A DNA stretch of 64,000 nt, from the NCBI RefSeq assembly GCF_006345805.1, contig NC_042998.1, forward strand, positions 10,850,001 to 10,914,000, written 5' to 3'. Positions 29,071 through 40,103 of the stretch are shown in pieces. Source of the stretch: Octopus sinensis (taxonomy: Eukaryota). Numbering within the stretch: position 1 is the stretch's first letter; every line of letters begins with the position of its first letter. The translations under genes and the position numbers were made by a program. The notes beneath the pieces are model-generated. The model did no database searches, had not been told where the DNA came from, and was given only the letters and a program-made list of their open reading frames with translations.

Positions 29071-29597
29071 GAATTAGGGTAAATGTTTTAATTTTCACCT
29101 AATTTCTGAATTACTACTACTTGGCGGTGTGAGTTATGATGCCTCTTTCTGGTGGACGAATGGCCTGTTAAGGTCACTCCTAAATTGTTATATATATATG
29201 AATATATATATTATATATATCTATATATATATATAAATATATATATATTATATATATATATGAATATATATATATATATATCTATATATAATAAATATAT
29301 ATATATATATGAATATAATATATTATATATATATTATATATATATAGATAGATAGATAGATAGATAGATATGAATTATATATATGTGTGTGTGGTGTGTG
29401 TGTGTATGTGTGTGTGTGTGTGTGTCGAAAGAGAGCAGAAAAAGAAAGATGGTTAAAAGGATGGGTAGACAGCTGGAGAGAAATATTAATATTGACCTCT
29501 ATCGTAATGTGTGTTATTGGAGCCTCACGTTTGCTTTATCGAGATTAGGTAATAGACGTGCTTGCATCTAAATGTGTATATATATATATATATATAT

Positions 29598-29803
29598 AAC
29601 GGGAAGGTTTACGAAAATAAACAACAGACGAAGGCAGGTGGAGTACAAACAAACAAATGTATTAGTATGGCGCTCAGGAATAAAAATAGAACAAGTCTTT
29701 TACGTTTCGAGCCTACGCTCTTCGACAGAAAGATACACAGAAAAGAAACAAGGAAGGGAAAATGTGTGTAGGAGCTAACGGTCTTACATGGCGTTCTGAC
29801 TTC
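29598..29803 (-). mobile_element. Short (TA)n-embedded repeat with minimal HHR; copies at 48916 and 15395
   Basis: Near-identical to 48916-49140; flanked by (TA)n on both sides. Confidence 0.8.
29696..29733 (-). ncRNA. Minimal type I hammerhead motif, A6U core variant
   Basis: TCTTT-CTGTCGA-A-GAGC-GTAG-GCTC-GAAAC-GTA-AAAGA. Confidence 0.6.
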
Positions 29804-30329
29804 ATATATATATATATATATATATAATATATATATATATATTAATATATAAATATATATATATATATACATATGTACAAGCAAAATTATGCATATATAT
29901 ATTCATATATATATATGTATATATACAGTTAGATATGGTAATAGAGATATATAAATATAGATAGATCTAGATATGACGGACATTTATGTCAGATACCCAT
30001 CACATTAATTAATTGAATTGATTATGAACAATGTAGAAAATCATCGTCGTAATTATCATTTTCCTCATCATCAACAACTACAAGAGTAAACCAAAAAAGA
30101 AGTTTAGCTATCAATAGCTGTCCAATTTCAGTAGGACCAAAACAAATGAACCTTTTTAATATTGCTCTTATCCAATCATCTAATAGCAAATAGGGAGTGG
30201 GGGGGGGGGCAGAAAGTGGCATACACAGAGAAAAGAGTAAGGGTGAAGTGGAAGAAGAGGAAGAAGGAGAACCACAACAACAATGGCAAGAAGGATAAGG
30301 ACAACGACAATTGGAAAAAAGGGAAGTAT

Positions 30330-31230
30330 ATGTAGTAGTAGTGGTAGTAGTAGTAGTAGTAGTAGTAGTAGTTAGTAGTAGTAGTAGACGAAGAAGAAAA
30401 CGAAAAAGAAGAAAAGAAGAGAAAAAGTAGTAGGAGTAGAAGAGACGAAGAAGAAAACAAAGAAGAAAAAAAGAAGAAAAGAAATACAAAGAGAATAAGA
30501 AAAGAACTAGAAAGAGAAGAAAAAGAAAAAGTGGAAAATGAAGAAAAGGAAGAAAGAGAAGTAGAAGAAGAAGGAGAAGAAGAGAAGGAGAAGAAGAAGA
30601 AGAAGAAGAAAAGACGAAGAAGAAGAAGAAGAAGGGGAAGAAGAAGAAGAAGGATAAGAAGAAGAAGAAGGAGAAGAAGAACGAGAAGAAGAAGGAGAAG
30701 AAGAACGAGAAGAAGAAGGAGAAGAAGAAGAACAAAAACGAAGAAGAAGGAGAACAAGGAGAAGAAAGAGAAGAAGAAGAAGAAGGAGAAGAGGAAGAAG
30801 AAGAAGGAGAAGAAGAAGGAGAAGAAGAAGGAGAAGAAGAAGAAGAACAAAAAACGAAGAAGGAGAAGAAGAAGAAGAACAAAAAAAAGAAAGAGGAGAC
30901 AAGAAGAATGAGAAGAAGAAGAGAAGAAGAAGAAGAAGAAGAGAGAGAAGAAGAAGAAGAAGGAAGAAGAAGAAGAATAAGAGAAGAAGAAGAAGAGAAG
31001 AAGAAGTAGGAAGAATAAGAAGAAGATAAGTAGAAAGAAGAAGAAGAGAAGAAGAAGAGAGAAGAAGAAGAAGAAGTAGAAGAAGAATAAGAAGAAGAAG
31101 TAGAAGGAGAAGAAGAAGAAGAAGAAGAAGAAGAAGAAGAAGAAGAAGAAGAAAAGAAGAAGAAGAAGAAGAAGGAAGAAGAAGGAAGAAGAAGGAAGAA
31201 GAAGAAGAAGAAGAACAAGAAGAAAAGATG
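30330..31230. repeat. (TAG)n followed by ~850-bp degenerate (GAA)n purine tract
   Basis: Direct read; source of the 431-aa, 224-aa and 126-aa low-complexity ORFs. Confidence 0.95.
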
Positions 31231-31746
31231 AAATTGGTGATAGTCTAAGAATAGAAATTGAGTGTGCTGGCAGAATGGATGCGATGTCTTATTAGGTTGA
31301 TCGAGTGCAGTGGTCAAATTTGTGAGAAATGGTGCACAATTGAACGATCTATATTATAAAGGAGAGTAAAGTTGAGGAGAAACATGAGAGATTGAGAAAG
31401 ATTACAACACTTTCTATGTACGGCCATCAAAACACTGACAAAATCACAGACATATGTGTGATTGTGAGCGGGTGCAGCGTATAAGCAAGTGTGTACGTGT
31501 ACTTTTGGGTCTATGTGTTTGTGCATAATGGTGGAGATAGAGAAAACGTGAGAGGTGGGGATGGATAGACGGTTAATGAAGCAAAAGAATAAAAAAAAAA
31601 CTGATTCATTTTTCGAGCATAAAAATATCAAATGTTTTGTTAAGTAATATCTGAAATCTTCCTTGTGTATATTTAATTGGCGTATATGTATATATGTATG
31701 GATGTATGTGTGTGTAGTGTATATGTGTATGCATATGCATATATAT

Positions 31747-31976
31747 ATTTCCCTACTACCCACAAGGGGATAAACATAGAGGGGACAAACAAGGACAGAC
31801 AAAGGGATTAAGTAGATTACATCGACCCCAGTGCGAAACTGGTACTTTATTTATCGACCCCGAAAGGATGAAAGGCAGAGTCGACCTCGGCGGAATTTGA
31901 ACTCAGAACGTAACGTCAGATGAAATACCGCAAAGCATTTCGCCCGGCGCGCTAACGTGTCTGCCAGCTCGCCGCC
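31747..31976 (-). mobile_element. SINE family A
   Basis: Full head, core and tail. Confidence 0.9.
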
Positions 31977-32719
31977 TATATGTATACATGTGTATGCGTA
32001 TATGTGTGTGTGTGTGTGTGCGTGTATGTATATTTGTAATGTGCGTACGTGTGCGGATGTATGTGTGGACGCGCGCGTGCGTGATAGTGTTATAGAGATT
32101 TACGTAACGCTTGAATGTATATATATATTCATACGTGTATGCGCGTGATAATGTAAAAATATTTATATACATGTATATATGCATGCGTAAGTGTGAGTGT
32201 GCGTACACACACACACACACACACATTTCTATGTCCTTGGGGAATGCATTTGTATCTGTGTGCACATGTATGTGTGTATGGTTTTGTATTTAGATTTGCT
32301 TCAGAAGGTAAATTCTTGACATTCTTTCATGTGTAGGCCATGTATTTATAAAAGAAAAAAGTTGGCGCCGTTTTTGCTCCTTTATTCTGATGCTGTATTG
32401 TGACTTTATAAGCAATCTGCTTGGTGTATAGACACACGCACCAACAAATATAGAAATACGTATGTATGTATGTATGTATATTATGAAAGTACAGTAGGTA
32501 CGTATGCATACAGGTATGTATGTGCATACATGTATGTGTGTATGTATATGTGCGTGTATACATATATATATATATACATGTATATTTACTTCCATACGTA
32601 TATGCGTATAATGCATATCTTGTATGTGTGTGCGTGCGTTCTTGACTACTTTCAATTATTTTAATTCTTCCGGTAGGGAAGGTGTTGGCTTCGAACAAAC
32701 ACCCCAAGGAATGTCACAT

Positions 32720-33900
32720 CTTGAACTTGATAAATATTTTGTCCATTTTTTTTATTGTCCTGGTTACACATTGTGTTTGTAAAGTGCGTGTTATCTGGTT
32801 AATTTCTTTTTCTGAATTTACTAGATTTTCACTTAGGCACGTAATAGCGTAACCAGGTGCACCGATTTATAATTGGTATTAATGTGAATTTATAGACTAA
32901 GTATAGAACTTGAAGGTTTCGAAGTTGTCCGTAATTATCCTCTTTCTCCTTGATTTTCGTAGTTATTCAGCACAGCAAGTCAGTTGACCTTTCTGATGGT
33001 ACATATATTTTCTTGTCTGTGCCAAACAACTATATTAAACCTGTTATGTTTGCAGCTGGTAGGTGTTTTGATATACATCGTGTGTTGATGTTTACGTGCG
33101 CGTTCAATAACAGAGAGATTCTCTATGCTTATCTCAAGACAATTTTGTTTTCCGGATAGCATTGTATAATGTTTTTGCAACAACGGCATGATACATTGGC
33201 AGACGATACTTCATGACACAGAAATGTAACATAATCGATATTTTCAGTTGCGTCTTGGGGTTCCAAGGGATTCATTGTTTCTTTTGCTCATTCGGATTTT
33301 ATAGCAATCTTCTGCTCTCGGATTGTGAGTGTAAAGCCTTCAAAGTGTGATGTGATATACCGGGTACGATTCCAAGACATGCTGTATTTCATGTCAATGT
33401 TAATATCATCCCAAATTCGTCGGATAACACATCTGCATAGTCATCTTTTGATATGCTGATCTTTTCATATTCTTTGATTCAAAAATCCCCAAACAGTTCA
33501 GCTGTTTTGGGATTGTATGGGAGGTCATAAGGAAGAAAGTACTCTTTCTTTTCGCTTTACAACACAAAGTTTATATATTTAGTTTTACTGCGGTTGATCA
33601 GTGGGTCCTATCTGAGTACGACATTTGAAGGATGCTTCCATTGATCTTAAGCCTCTTCCTCCTTCATCTCTCCTTGTCGATATCAGTGTTTCCGTGGAAA
33701 TGTTGGCGTAAGGATCTTACGGATTTTAACGTCTAGGAATTGGATTTTCTCTTCAGACCACTCAAGCACCTCAGATGTTGATATCAGCACTGGTGCTGAA
33801 AATGCATTGTGGGTTATTGTTTTTTGTTTAAGGAGCGTTCTGACGGCCATATCTTTCTAAGTCTGATGTAATATTCTCGGGTCACTCTATTCTTGCTCAT
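32720..33900 (-). mobile_element. Degraded RLE-type (R4/Dong-like) non-LTR retrotransposon 3' half
   Basis: Broken frames FLDVKIRKIL, RRDEGGRGLRSME, YHAVVAKTLY, HNRFNIVVWHRQENIC (PD..D-type region), KEKEDNYGQL...LIPII.GA.G. Confidence 0.7.
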
Positions 33901-34470
33901 ACACCTTCGTATAATATATATGTAGTTAGGCCAGTTTTCATAACAACACATAAATATATAAATAATTCTTGAACAGTATTTATTTTTCCGATAGTTTATC
34001 TTTCATAGTTACTGTATATAGCTTTACAAAAATGCTATAGCAATCAAACAAAATCGATCTCGTCCTAGTTTAACTTTATGTATAAAATATTGAATTTTTC
34101 TGCCAATTATCATATAGTATTTGAAAATCAGTGACCTAAAACTTTGGTCCACGAAATATGAAATGTCATCTTTAGCGAATATAAGTACAACAGCATACTT
34201 TCGGCATCAAACACCTTTTTCCATAAATTCTTGATACATACTCACACACTCGATACATATATAAATACATACATACATGGGTACGAACGTGTGTGTGTGT
34301 GTCTGATAATGTAGCATAATTAATGTATGCGTTTTGTTTAAGCTCTTTTAAGCTGCGGTATTTCGTCCAAGGAAAATCCCTTTAAGACGTAGAATGTTAC
34401 AACCACACAGTATACCTCAAAACCAGGAGAATATGATCGATCAGACTCATTGCAGTATTTGATTGGTATA

Positions 34471-34690
34471 GGCAGAAACGTTAGCACGCCGGGCGAAATG
34501 CTTAGCAGTATTTCGTCTGCTGCTACATTCCGAGTTCAAATTTCGCCGAGGTCGACTTTGCCTTTCATCCTTTCGGGGTCGATTGAATAAGTACCAGTTA
34601 TGCACTGGGGTCGATGTAATCGACTTAATCCGTTCGTCTGTCCTTGTCTGTCCTCTCTGTGTTTAGCCCCTTGTGGGTAGTAAAGAAATA
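34471..34690 (+). mobile_element. SINE family A, slightly 5'-truncated
   Basis: 17-bp TSD AGTATTTGATTGGTATA at 34454-34470 and 34691-34707. Confidence 0.92.
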
Positions 34691-35849
34691 AGTATTTGAT
34701 TGGTATATCTTTGCTGATTCATTGCTTGGTCTAAAAGAAAAGGCTGAGCCAATTCCACGAACATCTTTTACAAGACAGATGTATTTGGCTAGGTTGATGC
34801 TACTGTTGAACAAAACTTTCCACTATTGCAGGAGGAAAAAAAAACAACAAAAGAAGGGAGTAACTTGAAGAAGGAAGGTGTTAAATAGGAACGTTTTAGA
34901 CACAGTATAAGTCACCAAAGGAAGACAGACAAGCAGTGGACCGAATAAATTTAGATGAAGATGACACGTTTTGAGTTGCTTGTTGACCTTGCCGTAATGG
35001 ACTTTAGCTCCTTAGAAATACCAGAACTTATACCATTTCCACTTATTTCATTGGGCGATAAAATACTCCTTTGTGACATATTTTGCTCATGATCATTTAT
35101 TTACTGGGCTTCTGCCAAAGGCCTCTTTGAGACCTGTAAGTCTTTCAGGAGAGAAATTTCTTTTCTCGTTGTTGGCGTTGTTGTTCATATATTTTCTCAT
35201 TCAAATAAATGTCTGAAAAACTATACATTTTTTTAGTGTCTTTATTTGTACAATTGCAAAACTTTTATGCTTGAATATATCTGTTCCATTGTCTTTTTGA
35301 GTCTCTTTTGTTTTAAAATTCGGCCATTTTTTAAATAATAATTTGGGGACATATTTATTAAGTTAAGATACTGTAGGAAAAAAACTTTCATCATTCAACA
35401 GGCACAAAGTATGCAATGCCATGCAAGATTCAAATACCAAGCGCCCAACCTTGCCTCACTGGCTTAGGATTGCAATTCATAACGAAAAAGTTACAGAAAA
35501 ATGTTTCATCCAAATGGCAGCTACACATGGCAGCCTGAACTATTGTACTGTAAGTGTTATCCTGAATCGACAAACCTCTCATCTTTGCTCGGCATATGAT
35601 GCTTTATCCAATGCTTAATCAACATTATAACCTTTCCGGTGTAAAAATGGTCATGTCTAACTCTAATCAATTTTAACTGACCGTTAGCGCTTTAATTAAC
35701 ATACACTGAACACAACTTATTACATTATTATTCCATTTAGAAATGGTTTTCGAATGAATTCATGGTTTGCCTTTGGAGACACTGCCTCGCGTTACTAATT
35801 CAATGAAAATACTCCTCTATATTATAACTCTCTAAAATTTAATGTGCTT

Positions 35850-36720
35850 TAACGAAGTTCTTTGCGAATTCTGAACGACTCCAATCTATGCTTTCCGTGT
35901 AATAAACACGCATCACTCATAAATGATTTGATCAATTCTCTCTTAACTTACCATTAATTCAGTCACTTTGCGCTCTCTGCACCGGAAACGACGCGTTCGG
36001 CTTCCAGTAATTTGATATCTGCCTAAAATTCCTATCAAAGCTGACCTTAGTGATCACAAATTTATGGTATGTTTAGACAACTCCCTGAAATGTAAACACC
36101 CGACACTTTTCTACCCTATCCACTAACCCAATGAATACTCTGTACTTGCATAAATTGCATCCAATTCTACATGGGCGTGTTTGAGAAATTCATTAAATAC
36201 TTGTCAAGCACTTAGATTTGGTTTATGAGGCTTTTCAAATATCCTCTCTCATCCGCTATTTTCATACAAACTCAGCATGCTATATCTACCATTCAAGCCT
36301 TTTCCACTAAGAAAGAGTGTTAAGTCCTTCGGAATATTTGTAGAATTCGTCTTGGCTCTACTGAATATAAACGTCCACCAGCCAAAGCCACCTCTTAATT
36401 GCTTACTTGTGTGGCAAATGCAGTCCTACTCTTTTAGCCTCGATCAGTAAGCTATTTATTTCTTCATAGTTCTTACCCAGAGACAAACTTCCATTCATAA
36501 TATATTCATTTGCTATCGAAAGTCCTTCTAACTTCAATTACAAATGTTCAACGATCTACAGACATTGAATCAGCGTTTGGACCAATCCGAATGAACAGTC
36601 GCATATTTTAATTAATCCGAAATAGATACCTCCGTCCTCATGCATTTGGTAATATCATAAAAGCTTCTCTAGCAACATTTACAAGTCATAGTCTTATGGG
36701 AGGAATATTCCGTACTCTTT
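35850..36720 (-). mobile_element. Highly degraded CR1/L2-type LINE relic
   Basis: Weak broken motifs (YDITKC, DWSKR.FNV, EYIMNG, DIKLLEA). Confidence 0.35.
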
Positions 36721-37470
36721 GTTGACCTTTGACTGTAACGCTTGCATTTTTTACGCAACAATTTTGAGTTCTAAACGTATTTGTGCACATTAAGCGCTTG
36801 CAAATGACTTTTCTCTTTTTGGTGCGGTCGATTTCCACATTGCTGGTTTTGTCGTTGTAAGGTTTTGCTTTCGTTATAATTACTGCTATTAAAAGTATTA
36901 TCACGGGCGTTTACACATTCTGCTTGTTTTTAACACTGAGATTCAAAGTCAACCGCAGCAGAGTTTGAACTTACAATGGACATGAATTAAAATACTCTGT
37001 ATGATATTTTGATTCTGACGCTACCCTATCTGACCTCATTCCACCAGCTTAACAGTAGATATCGATCACATTACAACATTATCTTGTTAGCATAGCTTTG
37101 AGAATTACCACTGCTACATCCGAAACATTAGTAGCCCAGTTTTATCCACTAGAAGGTAGAGTGACTAAACAAATACCTAAACAGTGATTTTGTTCCACCT
37201 CAATTCTTACTAAAATTGAATTTATTTACATCTGCTTGACTGTAAATCAATCAAGTATAAACCAATATCTACACATATTTCAAAATGTACCGATATAAAA
37301 AGAAAACAAATAATATATTAGAGTAATTATTTTGTGATTATTGTCTTTTATCGTCCAATGTTCGGAAAATGCTGAAGATTACGATTGCAACAAGAAGGAA
37401 AGATGTGACAACTTTAGTGAAATATCCATGCTTGGTAATGTTCGTAATATAACGATGGATGAATGATGAA

Positions 37471-37637
37471 ATATAGTATAACGCTATATAACGTAGAATG
37501 GTGAAAAAATTAGCGTAACGGTGTGTAACGTAGCATACTAAACAAAAGATAGTATAACGGTTCATTGTGTAGCATCGTGAACGAACAATAGCATAATGGT
37601 GTATAACGTAGCACGATGATCAAAAAAGAGTATAGCA
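37471..37637. repeat. Degenerate ~39-bp minisatellite x~4.5
   Basis: Recurrent AGTATAACGGTGT.TAACGTAGCA..GTGAA.AAAA motif. Confidence 0.65.
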
Positions 37638-38672
37638 AGTCATGAGTGAAAGTAGATACTTTCTCTTTATTATATGATCAAAATTATAATCCCAAATAAA
37701 TATTCTATGTTTATATTGCTTACTCGTTCAAACAATTCTATCCGCTATCTCGATTATTTTCACTTCTGTATATTGGCAAGTAAAAAGAGTAAAAGGATTT
37801 AAATAAAGAATACAGAAATGTATTACTCAAGCACAAAATAAAGGATTTAAAATATCTCCGAACATTGATATATTAGTACTGTTCCAGCACTTATCTTTAG
37901 GTTGAAACTCTAAGGATAACAGAAATATTTAGAATATACCTAAATCAATGCCTCGAACTTTATCAGGCATCGGGTCAGAAATATAGGATGAGAGATTATT
38001 GGCATGACCTCACTCACTGAAAGAATGTATCCAAAATAGCAACCTTGCAAGAAACTCGATTCGTTATCTTCCACTTTGCAATGTATGAGTAGACGATATA
38101 ACACCAATCAAGATTCCAATCAAGCCAAATTTAGAACTTGCTGTAAGCGTCTTTTTAAATAAAGAATGCTAATTAAAATCTCTGTCTAAAAAAAAAAAAG
38201 ATTAAAATGGCGCAGGACAAAAATCGTTACTAATAGAGAATCTTATACAACCATAAAAAATATAGCCGTCAACTCCTAAAAGAATTATAAAAGAATATGA
38301 AAAGTATATATAAACAATATAAAAGAAATAAAATTGCAGACGAAGAGTTATAAGAAAAATGTAAAAGATAAGATACGTGCGTGCAAAATAATTGGTTTAA
38401 ATACAAAAAGTAAATATGTTAGAAAGAAAAAAATATTGTACAGGAATAGAGAAAATGCTGTATTGGTTAACATAGATACTTGAAAATATATGAGAGAAAG
38501 GTAGTGAAATGTGAACCTACAGGAAAAAAAGGTTATAGAAACATATCATGAAGACAAGGAAAGTTATGTTGCGCAAATGGGATAGAATTTCAAGAAAAAG
38601 TTTAATAACCTAGCAATAAAATTCCAGCGATTATACATACATACACATGCACACACGCACACACACATACAT

Positions 38673-38720
<48 letters not shown>

Positions 38721-38755
38721 GCATGTGTGTGTTGTGTGTATAAATCCCATATATG

Positions 38756-38799
<44 letters not shown>

Positions 38800-38801
<2 letters not shown>

Positions 38802-39176
38802 TATATATAAACGGCAGTTTGTCTGTGCGTGTTTCTGTGTGTCTGTTTGCTTGTACCCTCACCCTGACCACGGCTTTCAACCGATTCTGATGAAACTTGA
38901 CACACACATAGCCCAATGTCATAATTCAAAACTAACGCAGCAAAAATTTTGAAAAGTTCCCCCAGTTCTGAAAAAAATCGATAAATTCGACATGGGGTCG
39001 AGAAGCAGAAACACAAACCACAAACTATCTAGGGGACGCAACTCCACCTTTTTTAATCTCCAAAAAAAATTTACCATTTTTTTCCCATTTTTTGGCTATT
39101 TTTTGGCTATAACTCTCTAAAAATGCTTTATAGTTATTTCCCTTACAAACCTGAGCAACGCCGGGCGATACTGCTA

Positions 39177-39177
<1 letters not shown>
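38800..39177 (+). mobile_element. Non-autonomous Helitron sharing its 3' end with 24879-25272
   Basis: Shared ...TAGTTATTTCCCTTACAAACC.GAGCAACGCCGGGCGATACTGCTAG|T terminus; different 5' half; exact start hidden in (TA)n. Confidence 0.8.
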
Positions 39178-39223
<46 letters not shown>

Positions 39224-39346
39224 ATATATATATATTATATAGGTGAGATTCATTTGAATTGGTACTTAAGATGAGGCACCAAGTCAGTGCGGTATTATCC
39301 GCACAACTCAAAGTAAGGTGAATAAAATCAAAATAAGCAACAAGTG

Positions 39347-39434
39347 CTGCAGTACGACCGTTTCAAGCGGCTCCATTTAACTGAACAATGTAATCATTAA
39401 ATCAATTTAAATGCAGGGCTATCCTCAGCTGCAT
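39347..39434 (-). ncRNA. Type I hammerhead motif, left arm
   Basis: ATGCAG-CTGAGGA-[57 nt]-GAA-ACGGTCGT-A-CTGCA. Confidence 0.6.
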
Positions 39435-39536
39435 AAATAAATAGAGGTTTTAATCAGTTGGACACATTAATATAATTAGAGAATTTGAATAAAACTTATA
39501 TTAATGTGTCCAACTGATTAAAAATTCTATTTATTT

Positions 39537-39624
39537 ATGCAGCTGAGGATAGCCTTGCATTTAAATTGATGTAATGATTACATTGTTCCGTTAGACGGAG
39601 CCGCTTGAAACGGTCGTACTGCAT
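39537..39624 (+). ncRNA. Type I hammerhead motif, right arm
   Basis: Stem I ATGCAG/CTGCAT (6 bp), CTGAGGA 39543-39549, GAAA 39607-39610, self-complementary ACGGUCGU, GUA 39616-39618; stem II base weak (U-U then AGC/GCT). Confidence 0.65.
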
Positions 39625-39673
39625 CACCTCTTGATATCCAGTTGCTTATTTTGATTTTATATATATCTCTCTC

Positions 39674-39745
<72 letters not shown>

Positions 39746-40049
39746 CGTGTGTGTGTGTGCATATATACGTACTTACATATATACGTATATACATATGCAT
39801 ATGTGGGCACACAACGTCACATAACATAAACAAAAAAATACGAAAATTTGGAATACGAAATACGAATGCATGGAATATGAAGTTTTTTGCGAACAACGAA
39901 GGAAACAAATGGAAAACAAGACACCCAACATAAAGAACGACCCTTCATAAGTTGTTGGCTGTTTTTCTAATCCGTATTTCGAGCATTTCACGACATATAT
40001 ATATACATATACACACATACATACATAGATACATAGATAAGATACATAC

Positions 40050-40103
<54 letters not shown>

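Larger units (their letters stand above)
27639..29193. repeat. ~470-bp tandem array (2.6 units, 27639-28853) plus inverted partial unit (28852-29193); non-coding, HHR-bearing
   Basis: Unit starts at 27641, 28113 and 28583; inversion junction with 2-nt GC microhomology at 28852-28853; both outer ends abut (TA)-rich tracts. Confidence 0.95.
39240..39660. repeat. Fold-back insert: ~155-bp arms (39322-39475 / 39496-39660), 20-nt loop, left arm extended
   Basis: Arms are near-perfect reverse complements; (TA)n on both sides. Confidence 0.92.

Noticed and set aside
27639-29193. CRISPR-like interpretation of the array (also the 14-bp repeat at 6669-6737)
   Set aside because: Whole units repeat with no unique spacers, there are no cas genes, and the context is eukaryotic
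30022-31317. 431-aa ORF and overlapping 224/131/126-aa ORFs
   Set aside because: Low-complexity translation of the (GAA)n/(TAG)n tract with no domain content
34940-35140. Minus-strand acceptor-like CTTACAG followed by short open frames
   Set aside because: Frames close quickly and cannot be assigned without transcript data
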